NCBI GenBank assembly: GCA_023920165.1
Contig: CP089274.1
Coordinates: 3,162,001 to 3,226,000, forward strand
Direction of reading: 5' to 3'
DNA length: 64,000 nt
From: Curvularia clavata
Lineage: Eukaryota
Shown here in pieces: positions 1 through 11,668 of the stretch. Numbering within the stretch: the stretch's first letter is position 1; each line of letters begins with the position of its first letter. A model generated the notes under the pieces. That model saw nothing but the letters and a program-made list of their open reading frames with translations. It searched no databases and was not told the origin of the DNA. A program made the position numbers and the translations under genes.

Positions 1-3000
1 AGACATTGGTGATGCCAATGCAGCCAGTGATGACATGGCATTGGTCTCGATTTTCTTGAAGTTGTGGTTCATGACGCGCTGGTGGAACTTGATAAGATCT
101 ACCACCTGTCGGACAACAAGATATGGCTCTGGCACATCCTTGGGCCAAGCAAATTGTGGCGGAGCTTTGTCGCCAGCACGCAGCAGAGTCTTGAGCTTCT
201 TCTTGACCTTGTCCATGACATCTTTGGCAGCGTTAGAATCGTCAAGAAGATCTTTGCGAACCTGGATGTGCTCGGCCAGATACTGGTCCCTGTCCAAGAA
301 AGATGCACCGAAGATCTGCGCACTGGTAGTCACTCGGCGCTCGGAGCTGCTGAAGATGTGAACATCATCGAGCACATCTCTGTTCATCAGTAAAAGATCG
401 TTGCGGAAGTTTGCACCCATATCTTGGGTCTGGTGCCGAGCAGAATGAGTTGGCTCGCCTCCCCATTTGATAATCAGTTGTAGCTTATCTAGAACCATGT
501 TGTTGTCTTGGGCGGTGATGCGAGATAGAGTAACCCCAGACATGGAATCGCTGCGGTTCTTGAGCATCTCAGGTTCGCCGTCCTTGTCAGCATTACCTGT
601 TGCCTCCTGGCCTCCAGCATCTATCGGGTTCGGCTTTTGTGTTTCAGGTGTGTCCTCAGGCAGGGTTTCTCCTGGCTGCAACTCTTCCTTCCTTCTCTTT
701 CGGAACATTGGCTTTATCTGAACCTTGGTGCCGGGCCACGCCCCCTTCTTGGTCAGATATAGCTGTAGTTCACGCAACTTCTTTGGATCCTCTATGCCTT
801 CCTCCATGGCGACCTTTACTGCATCACTGACGCTTTGCAAGGCCGCTTCACCAATCAAAAGCACTTCCTCCTGATGCCCTTTTAGCAGGTCAACAAAGGG
901 TTTGGAGTGAAAAGTGTATTTGAATTTTTGCTTGGGCGTGCGGTCAGCGTGGCGAATGACTGAAACGACGCCCTTTAGTTTCCATTGCGCTGCGGTGGCA
1001 GGAGGCGGCACATCAACATGATCGGTCGACATGGACCTTTCAGGTTCCAGTTCGAGGTCGTCATCCTCGAAAGCAGACGGAAATGCTACCTCAGGGTCAG
1101 AAGCTACGCCTTCAGATACTGTTGTAGGAGTGGCTGTTGTCGGACTGAGCAGTGCGGAATTGGGTTTCTCAAGCCCGGGCGAGGTCGCGACAGGTGTTGT
1201 GCTCAACGACATCTCAGGCGAAGAAGGCATTGTACTAGATTGCCTCATGTGTGGGAGATGGGCATGGATAGGGCCAGGGTGCACCATCTTGGACATACTA
1301 GGGCTCTTGAAGAGCCTCCCCAAAGTCTTGCGATGACCTGATGCATTCTTTGAGCCAACACCAGATGTAACGTCTGCGCTAGCTTGTGCATCGGCAGCGG
1401 CATGTTGGGCAGCGTTCTTGTGTTGCTTGCGTGCAATCTCCTTGAGAAACATGTCCTTGAGGATGGAAGCTGCTCTGTCATAGTAATCGCCGTTATCTTT
1501 TACAAAACTCCATCCGTTGACATCGATGACGTAGCTCTGCTCCCCAGTACGAAGCAAGTCGAATCCACATACTCGTTGGCCGAATCCCTCTGATATCTTG
1601 GATGCGATAGCCGCCTCTGCTTCGCTCAGTTTGGTTACGTAACGGACTTCCTTGCCACTTGGGTTTCTTTTAACAAGACCGTCGACAACGGGTGATTTCC
1701 TTGTTTCGGCGTGGCAGAAATGGGGCCCGACCGTGTATGCCTTGACATCCTCGGAGTTTTCGACCCGCAAAAACTGTTCGTAGATGTAGCTGCTACCCGG
1801 TTCGGTAATAGCTCTGGGGACTTCAAGAGTGTCGTCCTTTTCTGAGCTCTTGTTGTTGATTTTCCTGAACAGTCTTCTGCCACCACCGCCATCCTTTTTG
1901 TGGAAATAGATGTGAATGTTGTGGTCCTCACCGCTCACAGGCTTTTCTACAAAAGGCTTGGTAAGTGTGGCACCATCTACGCAGATGGTGTTGCCGTCGT
2001 CAATCAGCTCGACTTTCTTGGGTGCGGGCAAGCCACCGCCAGTGCCGTCCTCGGGTCCCTCGAGCCTCAGGCCGGTTCGCTCATATAGCGTCTTTGCGAA
2101 TTCAGCCGAGGGTAGCTTCGGCCCACCGTCTCGGCTCACATCGATGCGCTTCGGGGTGGGCACATTGAGCTTGTCCAGGATGCCGAGACACAGTCGACGG
2201 TCCCACAAGACTTGCTGCATGGGCAGGTCATTGACACAAAAGGGCTTTCGTAACCGGGTGTAGGCAATGGCCTTATCGAGTGGGAAACCGTCGGAGAAGA
2301 AGGAGATAAGAAAATCACAGACGGGCCAGTTCTCGACGGCCTCGTCCAGGATGATTTTGTCGCCAAAGATCTTGACCTCAAACTCGTCGACGAGCTTTCC
2401 AAAGATGTTGCGAGCGGGCTTGCTGCGGGCCTTTGATTCGAGGGCGCAGACGCCGATTATGCCTTTTGTCGGCTTCCTCTCTCGCATGTCTCTGCTGGCA
2501 GGACTACTGCTAGGAGCGGTGCTTCCGCTGATACGTCTCTGTGCAGTGCGGCTTCGCGAGCGGCGGGGTTGTGACGAGAGAGGCGGCTGGCCGAGCTGGG
2601 GAGAGACTGGGTGGTTTGGGGCGGTGGAGGAGCCCTGGGCTTGGCTGCCGGTAGCCGTCTGGTCATGGTGGAAGAGCAATTGAGTAGGCGAAGGTTTTGC
2701 GCCGAGACTGCCATGCTGGCTCGAGGTAGTGACTGAGAAGGGCGTGGTTGCGGTCGTGGTGCCGTTAGGGTTGTCCATTCTCACTATGCGGAGTCAGTAG
2801 GTGGGCCAAAACGGCGGGCATGCCATGTGGGAAAAAAAGTTGCGGTATGTCAGGTCAGGGCGCATGACGTACGCACCTTCGGGCTCTGAGCCGGCTACCG
2901 AGCTTCTGCCACTCCAGCTGTATCCGCGATTCGACAGGGCCGACACAAAGGAGGATATGGAGAGTCGCTTGGATGGTTCTGCAGGCGGCGCACCAGGTCG

Positions 3001-3366
3001 GGACGAGTCCGGCAGCAAATGGGCATGGATGGGGGCGCTTGTGAGACTTGCGCGCGAGTGCTCTAGCGTCGACGTAGCAGCATCGGACTCTTCGATGGCG
3101 GAACCAGACCAGGCATGGCCCAGATACTCGAGAAAGCTGCTATCTGATGCCTTGGATGCTCGGCGGGGAGACAGGCTCTGGCGGATTGCCTTTGCACTCA
3201 GCGGCGGCACCGACACGCTCGCCCGCCCAACTGTCGCTGCGCCTGTCTCGGGCTCGCTCGACCTCGCCTTTCGGCTGCCCGTTGCGGATGCGCCGCTCGC
3301 CGTCGCAAGCTGTTGCCATGATTGCGAGCTCTCTGAGCTTGTCGTACGTGACAGGGATGGCTCCAT
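1..3366 (-). CDS. VIP1: Inositol hexakisphosphate/PP-IP5 kinase Vip1/Asp1 (PPIP5K); 3' end lies outside the window
   Basis: The minus strand reads IIGVCALESKARSKP...VENWPVCDFLISFFSDGFPL...EKPVSGEDHNIHIY...DVKAYTVG...SYVIDVNGWSFVK (ATP-grasp kinase) and VIRHADRTPKQK (histidine acid phosphatase motif, ~925-960). A Ser-rich exon 1 (3366-2877) joins in frame through intron 2876-2784 (GTGCGT...CTGAC...CATAG). Confidence 0.93.
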
Positions 3367-3949
3367 GCTGCCTCTTATACCTGTGCGTCTGCGGGGGTCG
3401 TGTCAGACTGCTTGCTTTTGCCGCAAGCGAGGCACGGCTGGCACAGGGGCGGTTGGGCGGTGGTTGGCAGTCGACAGGAGGGCCTCTACAGCTTCATGAT
3501 GCTCTGGATGCTCGCGAGGATGGGTTGTAGCACCCTCTGAAGAAGCTCTAGACGGCCCATCACAAATAGTGCGTCATTCTGCGTGACTTGGCAGCATGCC
3601 CCAATGCCTCCGTCTGAATGGACACTGCACCCCCATACTCTACCCTTTCCAGCCATGGAACGGCCGCTTTCAATGCTGTAGCGAGTATGGCGTGCGCCAC
3701 GTGTTGCACACATCGTTTCGGGCCGACCTGCCTCAGCTGCGAATGAGGCGGAGACAGACCAATTAGCATCAATGGCAGCACATGTCCAACTGGGCACAGT
3801 GCAATGGCATGCTACCGGGTACCGCTGCTCCTCTGTGGCTCGAGTTGTCGCTTTTTATCTTCATCGGTATGCGCAAATGGTATTTGAGATGACGGTACGC
3901 GAGGTTTGACAGCGGACCCCTGCGTCGATCTCTTAGTGCCGCAGCCAAG

Positions 3950-4004
3950 ATCTAATCTAATCTAATCTAATCTCATCTCATCTCATCTCATCTCATCTCA
4001 TCTC
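3950..4004. repeat. Compound pentanucleotide microsatellite (TCTAA)4(TCTCA)6
   Basis: Read directly at 3951-4000, in the divergent VIP1/UTP21 intergenic region. Confidence 0.95.
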
Positions 4005-4093
4005 CGCAAAAATTTGGTTGCGCCGCTCAAAAGTCGCGACAACTCCAAGCACATGCCCGCGCTCTAGTGGCACCTTGCTCAGCTACCTCAACC

Positions 4094-7000
4094 ATGGCTG
4101 CTCCCCAGGTACACAATGGTACCAGCAGTGGTCCGGTGACAAAACGTCAAAAAACACAAAGCAACGGCGAAAAGAGCTCTGCGCCGCTTGTCCGCCAGTC
4201 CAAGATATTCGCGCCCTTCAGAGTAAGCTTATACGAAGTCCCGAGGCGTGTGCGCATAGCTGACCTATCCATCACAACAGACAGTAGGCCTTGTGTCTCC
4301 TACCAATGTTCCGTTTACTGCGCTTCCCCTCGGAAAGACTACCTTCCAGATCACAACCTCTGTCGGCCGCTCCCTCCAGACCTACGATCTCAAGCGCGGG
4401 CTCAACCTCGTCTTCATCACACGGCCCCAGACGCCCGAGGATATTTCTGCCACGCTAGCATGGAAGAAGGTCGTATTTGCCGCCTGGTCGGGACCAAAGA
4501 ACAACTCTGAACGCGGCATATGGGTCTTTCAGCGTGGAAAAAAGGTCGCCGAGCTCGAGCTACCTCGTGGTGGTATTGATCGCATCCGAAGACTCATCGT
4601 CCTCGGAGAATGGATCGTGGGATGCGGTGATACTAAGATTGAAGTTTGGCGAACTGCTACTCTTGAGCACTACACTACCCTCCAAGGTGTTTCTTCCAGC
4701 CCACTCTCTGGCTGCATCTGCAACATGCCCACTTACCTTAACAAAATCTTCGTTGGCCGCAAAGATGGTTCTGTCGAAATATGGAACATCAGCACCGGAA
4801 AGCTACTGTACACGCTCCTCCCACCCGCCGCTGACTTTGGCTCCGTGACCGCACTGCAGCCAACGCCCGCCTTGTCGCTCCTCGCCATTGCATACGAGTC
4901 TGGTCCAATCACGATACATGACATACGCGCAGACAAGGAGATCATGCGTCTTAATACGGGTGGCTCGCAGAAACACCCAGTAACATCGATTTCCTTCAGA
5001 ACCGACGGGCTAGGCGCTGGCGATGATGGTCGTGAAGACGGCGTCATGGCAACCGCTAGCAGTGACAGCGGAGATATTACCTTTTGGGACCTGAACAAGG
5101 GCGGTCGCAAAACAGGTACTCTGCGGGGAGCCCACGGCCCGCCTCCATCTGCGAGCGGTGGAGTTGGTGGCGGTATCAGCAAGATTGAATTTCTCGCTGG
5201 CCAAGCAGTGATTGTGTCAAGCGGCTTGGACAATTCACTGAAGAGTTGGATCTTTGACGAAACGCCTTTCTCGCCCATACCACGCATTCTGCATTCTCGG
5301 GGTGGACATGCTGCACCAGTCTCGACCCTCCGCTTCCTCCCGTCGAACTCGGACGGTTCTGATAATATTGGCAAATGGCTTCTTAGTGCGAGTAAAGACC
5401 GCAGTCTTTGGGGTTGGAGTTTGCGACGGGATGGACAGAGTACAGAGCTGAGCCAGGGCGCTGTCCAGAAAAAGGCAAAGAAGATGGGACTGCTGAACGG
5501 AAACGGCGAAGCATCAAAGCACCATGCTAAGTTGGAGGATCTGAAGGCTCCTGCCATCACCTGCATGGCCTGTTCTCTTAACCGCGATGGCGGCATGGGT
5601 GCCATGCCTGGTGTTGTTGGTATCTGGAACAACTCTTCAAAAGTAAAGGGAAAAGACAAAAAGGCGCCAGAAGTCAACATGACTGGGTGGGAGAGCATTG
5701 TGACCGGGCACGAGGGAGACAAGACTGCAAGAACATGGTTCTGGGGCCGCAAACGAGCAGGAAGGTGGGCGTTTGACACCGGTGATGGAACAGAAGTCAA
5801 GAGTGTGGCTATCTCGTCTTGTGGTACATTCGCCCTGATTGGTTCTGCTGGTGGCTCCATCGACATGTACAACCTACAGTCTGGCAAGTTCAGACGCAAG
5901 TTTCCCGCTCGCCTTACTGAAGCCGAGGCAAAGAAATACAAGCTACAGCAACTGCAAGCTCAAGACGCCCTCGTCGTTGACGATGATTCTCCGCGCAAGT
6001 TCGCAAAGGGAGAAGGCAAGCACAGGGGAGCTGTTACGGGCCTAGCTGTAGATGCCCTGAACCGTACGCTTATAAGCTGTTCGGACGATGGCAAAGTTAA
6101 GGTGAGTAACTACTACTTTTCCAGGTGTAGTGATTCTAACATAGCCAGTTCTGGGATTTTGCTACGGGCATCTTACTCCATGAGATTGACTGGTATCCTA
6201 TGACCAAGATCCTCGGTATGCGCTATCATCGGAACAGCGACTTGATAGCACTGAGCTGCGACGATGGCTCCATCCGTGTTGTCGACATCACTACCAAGAA
6301 GCTCATTCGAGAGCTCTGGGCCTCACGACAGGTCGGATTGCAAATAATCGACTATACTTTCTCAAGCGATGGACGATGGATCATCTCTGCAGCTTCTGAC
6401 TCTACGGTCAGGGTTTGGGACCTACCGACCGGTCATCTGATTGACGCAATGAGGCTTCCCAGGAAGTGCAATACGGTCGCTTTCTCGCCTTCAGGCGAGT
6501 TTCTTGCAACTGGTCTAGACGGTGAGGTTGGCGTGCATATCTGGACAAACCGAACGCTATTCACGCACGTATCAACACGCCAGATTACAGAGGATGATAT
6601 CGTTTCAGTCAGTGCACCCACCGCATCTGGCGAAGGCGGCGTTGCTGTAGTGGAAGCTGCCACCGAAGAGCAGACGGGCGAGGAAGACGAAGACGAAATC
6701 ACCGTTCCCATTATGGACCAACTTAGCGACAAGATCACAACCCTCAGCTTGGTCCCCAAATCGCGCTGGCAAACCCTTCTCCACCTAGACGTCATTCGCG
6801 CTCGCAACAAGCCAAAAGAAGCCCCGAAAGCACCAGAGAAGGCCCCTTTCTTCCTCCCCTCCGTAGGCCAGAATCAGATTCAAGGCGTAGACAACAACAC
6901 CGCACTTAGTGACAACCAAGACACCAAATCCCGCATCTCCAGCTCGGCACTCGCATCGCGGTCTAGCGCTGCTACCGCCACGGATGCCTTCAGTCGGCAC

Positions 7001-7357
7001 CTAGCTCACGCCACCGAAACAGCAGACTATGCCCCTCTGCTATCCCATCTCTCCTCTCTCCCTCCTTCCGCTGCCGACATCGCCATCCGCACCCTCGACA
7101 CAACAGAGCCGTACACCGAGCTCCGCACCTTCATCGAGGCGCTTACGGCACGACTAAGACAGCGTCGCGACTACGAACTTGTGCAGGCGTGGATGAGCGT
7201 CTTCTTGAGACTGCATGGTGATATCGTGGTTCAGGATGAGGAGTTGGTGGGTTTGCTGAGGAAGTGGCAGGAAGAGGCTAAGGGTGAGAGGGAGAGGGTG
7301 GGTGGATTGGTCGGGTATAGTGTTGGTGTTGTGGGGTGGGTTAGAAGTGCGAGGTAG
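4094..7357 (+). CDS. UTP21: U3 snoRNA-associated WD40 protein Utp21/WDR36
   Basis: SKIFAPFR|TVGLVSPTNVPF N-terminus, WD40 repeats, and a C-terminal LSLVPKSRWQTLLHLDVIRARNKPKEAPKAPEKAPFFLPS...DYELVQAWMSVFLRLH domain. Introns 4223-4280 and 6102-6148 restore the frame. Confidence 0.95.
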
Positions 7358-9263
7358 ACATGTGACAAGTACTGAGAGAGCTTCGCTTTTCTACCAAGGA
7401 GGTTGTTGGATTTGGGCTTGAGGAGGATGTTGAGATCTAGAGAGTTGTAAAAGTGTTGCATGAGAGGACGTTACCATAGCTTTTTGGAACTTAGTCTCGC
7501 TTCGTAGTGGTCAAGTGGTCCTGATGTAGTTGTAACTTGATCTTCTTGAGTACAGTACTTATCACCTCATGCTGTTGGCTGTATACCCAGATCTAACCTA
7601 GCCCTGCTCGGCGTCTTGCCAGGACTGACTTGACTGCGACTTAGTGGTAGCTATTGAGTGTTGAGTGTGACTTCCTTCACGCAAATGTCATTCCTGCGCG
7701 CCTATCAACTCATATACGCTGACATTACTATGACAGCCAATACCTATAATAGCTGTTTAAAGCTCTTTCTGCGTTTACTTTCTTTGGATCACTCGGAAGT
7801 CTCTGCATGCTCTATTTCGAAATGAGTGGTCTTGAATTAAAGCACGCATTCAAGAGCTAAGAATTTAAGAATGAACGCAAGCATGACACTGACATATCTC
7901 CGATCTGGATCGGCCCACTTCAGTTAATTAGCAAATTTCTTGTGTAGTTTTGGGTAGCGCTGCTAACTATACCGGTGTTATTCTGCTGCTCGACCTCACT
8001 TCCGAGAGCGATCGAATTCGTTCTGAATACAGCACATTGCTTAAGACTGCCAACAGCTGGAAGATATACTAGTTTTTTTCTTGACATGTATACATTAGGA
8101 ACAACAAGAACTAGAGTCGATTTACGCAGATGAAGAAACTAGCGACTGTCATGCAGTGTTGAAGACACCATATCCGATGGCAGAGCAAGGTTGAGAGAAG
8201 CAGAAGTTAAGGTCTTATCTATAGCAAGTATTTCAACACATCGCAAAGATTTATGCGCATGTGCAGTAATCACTCAAGATTTAGACCACACTTCAGGCAA
8301 CATGAAGTGATAACATGAACCATATCGTGCACTCCATACTAGGATTCATGACATTCTCCAGAGCAACTCCAGCGTTTAAGCTGTTAGGCTCGAGTAATAC
8401 TTATCTTTCCTGGGTTCAAAAAGCACTAGGGGCAACCAGCTGTACAGATTATGAAGCACAGAATGAAAGTGTAGAAGTAAATCAAGTTACTCTTTACTCG
8501 TTACCTTAGTGTAGCAGAAACAAAGGCCCATGGTTCATCTTCATATCAACTAATACCAAGGCTCTTCGAGTGTGGCGGCAGAAGAAAATATTCTACTTTG
8601 ACCATTTTATCTAGTTGTAGCAACGAAGTAAATATAGCGAAGTAGGTCTTAGAGAGCAAATATTGATGTTCTTGAGTTCTCAGCCAGCCTCAGCTTCCAA
8701 CTCCCATTCTAAGTGGTATCGGCCTACAAAGCTCAAGCTTTGGTCCGGTCTACGCTGTCGGAGAATGTATTTTGATATCGTCATGCTTTCATTCCAGACA
8801 AGGTTTTCCATTTCGATCGCTCATCGATTCGCCGAAATACGAGCTACGATATGGTTCACACGTTGGTTCTTCGCAAGTTGCCGCGATTGGAACATCGGAC
8901 GCGGATGAAAACTCCATCGCCCTCAGCAGTCATCGCAATCGCACCAGGGATCTCAGCTCACTGACGTACCACCAAGGCTCCGAAGGATATCAGAAGAGGA
9001 GCCGTTGCGTCATTCTTACGAAAATATTCCAAAGTCGGTGATGTTCGTTGTGGCCGGTGGGTCTCATGTTCTCCACGAGACTCAACCTTACCCCACAATG
9101 ACATCACATCCATCTGCATCATATCGACGTTCTGGGAATGCGATTGCAGCAAAGGAAACACATATTAAACCTCTTATTTCACCTGTTCACGATCAACAAA
9201 GCTCTTCCAACTTCTCTCAAACACACAATCTTCGCACATCCAAATCACAAACACAACACCAAC

Positions 9264-9645
9264 ATGCCCCGCAACGGAGACGGATCCTCAGACAACGGCC
9301 CTATTGAGGCTGGCCAGCACGCAGTCCACGGCGCATCTGGCGACGTACGTTTATGCTCCAATAAACACTCTCTGAAGCCATATTAACAAGCCTCCAGGCC
9401 ACCATGGAGCACACTAAGAAGGTAGCTCCCATGCCCGAGCTTGAGAAAGGCGAAGGTACGACTTTTAGTTTACCCCACAATCCCAGAACCCAACCACCAC
9501 TACAACCATCTTAGAGACCACAACACTAACGCATGCTTCAACAGGTATCCAAGGCATGAACGCCTCGGGCGGCGGCGCAGCCCCCAAGGAAGGCTGGACC
9601 GGCCAAGGCCGACCAGGCGAGGACTCGAACAAAGCCCCCCAGTAA
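9264..9645 (+). CDS. Small (79 aa) Gly-rich hydrophilic protein, three exons, function unknown
   Basis: ATG in CCAACATG context after a CA-rich leader. Introns 9345-9397 (GTACGT..TTAAC..CCAG) and 9456-9544 (GTACGA..CTAAC..ACAG) give 81+58+101=240 nt: MPRNGDGSSDNGPIEAGQHAVHGASGDATMEHTKKVAPMPELEKGEGIQGMNASGGGAAPKEGWTGQGRPGEDSNKAPQ*. Confidence 0.8.
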
Positions 9646-11668
9646 AGGCACCCGCCCCTAGTACGTGGTCGAGCAGATAGTGAGAAGCTTCACCGCAAGA
9701 ATGAAGCACACTTGTCGGCATCGGCGGTACTTGCGGTCATAGAGGAGTCGGTGATACGACTCCGACTGGAGTGTTGTTATCAATCTAGCAGGGTTGGGTA
9801 GACTAATAAGCGAGAGAGGGGAGGGAGCATTTCGACGCCCATGCCCACCGGACTTTTGAGGGTAAAGAGGGGGGTGTTCCCGTAGTTGCAGTTGCATTGC
9901 ATGTGCATTTTGGGGTCTGGCTGCATGGGAAGGAGGGGGAAAGGTTGGGTTGGAAGTGTACGGACAAAGCAGAGCTGGCTGGCCCGTTCTTTGCTGCGCT
10001 TTTTTTCATGAATCAAATGAATGAAATCGACATGATGAAAACACTCGTCTTCTCCTTCTCTTCTCCATTCTCGATTCTGCATTTTCCTTGTTCTCTGGCT
10101 CTACAGCCCACCTTTGTTTGTGTCTGTCTATGTGTGTTTGTCTAACTGTTTACTTGTTTGTGGGGCAAAAGCAAAAGCGGTGTGCAGGCCATATGGCGTG
10201 GCTCTTTTTCTCCTCCTTCATGCAAGTCCACGCAGCAGTCGTAAATCCACCTTTTCGCCCAGTCTACTTAGTCCAATGCAGCGACCTGACTCTACATACA
10301 CCCACATTGCTTTCCCTAAAGTCCGGTCAGCTATCGTACAAGAACGGTGTGTACGTGCATGTGTTGTCTGTATGTGGAGTTCTCAGGGGTGTTCGATGTA
10401 GCATTAGTTGGCGGTGGTGGGGGTGTCTTGGTGGGGGTGGGAGACATGAGTTTAACTTTTTCTAGGTGTAGTACTCAACCCAATAAGCGAAGACCGAAGA
10501 ATCAAGCCCATTTTCCCTTTTCTCACAATTTTTGGTGCCCTTACGGAGTTGAGAGAGAGAGGGAGGCACCGAATAAGCAAGTAGGATCACACCTTGTTCC
10601 TTTTCTTTTCGATGTCCGTCCCGTGTAAGATTCTCGTGGTGGTGGCCCTGAAACGACGATGCACTGGGCAGGACGTGGTACGGGGGACTACGCCGCTTGG
10701 GCACTTGTCGTAAGCGCACACCGGAGGCCGTTTTGTTTCTGATCTAGCACACCCATACTGTACACATGCTGTGACTCGTTTAGCATGTACCAAGACTCCA
10801 TATCTCGCAGAATAAATCCGTAGCAGTGCTATTATTACTTGGCTTTGGGGACTTCGCAGCTTACTCCAGGATGACGTGATCCAACACCAACAGGGGCTAA
10901 TTCCTATTCTGGGGCCAAGAAAAGTGGACTTGGTGGAGCGTTGTCCTTGCTGCTGAAAGTTACACTTATGGAGACTGGAGGGAGAGTGACGAAAAAGATG
11001 GCAAAGATTGGCGTCAACGTGCAGGTCGCAGCACGGAAGGAGACGCCGTCTTGGTCTCGACCTGACCTTTGCAGCTGAAAAGACCAGGACGAGGCGCGGA
11101 GATCGCGATGTGGAGAGTACTAGGATGTCATTAGTGCATGTAGAACGAGGTAGAACTGTGGAGAAAGTCTGACTGGGTGACACATCGTAGTGACACATCA
11201 AGGGGGTATGGAGTTTGGGTCGGCTGATAACATGAGAGGAAAAGGGCGATAGCGGGCTGAACGCTATCAAGACATCACAAGCAAAAAGAGACAAGATATT
11301 GTTTGAACAGTAGACATTGGTAGATTTGGCTAGATAGAGGCACCAGCCCTTGGTGTGACTTGTCCGCCATTATGAAACCATCCAGGAAACAATATCCAGG
11401 AAGGACATACCAAAAGTCTCTCAAAAGGAAAACTGTTACTACAAGCAGTTACGCACTACACGCTACGGACCCAGTCCTACGCCATGTGAAACCACGTCCC
11501 ATATTTTCCCTTTCCAATAAGGCCCTGTCTAACCTCGCTGTTTGTACACCATTACGCCGACCCATTTGTAAAGACCTAGTAGACCTCATCAGTCGTGATC
11601 CGCGGCAGCCATCTACCGACCCAGCGTGCTCTGTCTCGCTCTCGTTGGGTCCCGAGAAGGCGTCGATG

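Noticed and set aside
4733..5941. 402-aa antisense ORF, and many similar antisense/alternative-frame ORFs over other genes
   Set aside because: These are shadows of real CDS (here UTP21) caused by codon bias; no recognisable domains.
10088..11300. ORFs of 85-235 aa between the small gene and hacA
   Set aside because: Low-complexity UTR-like sequence with no consistent exon chain or domain.
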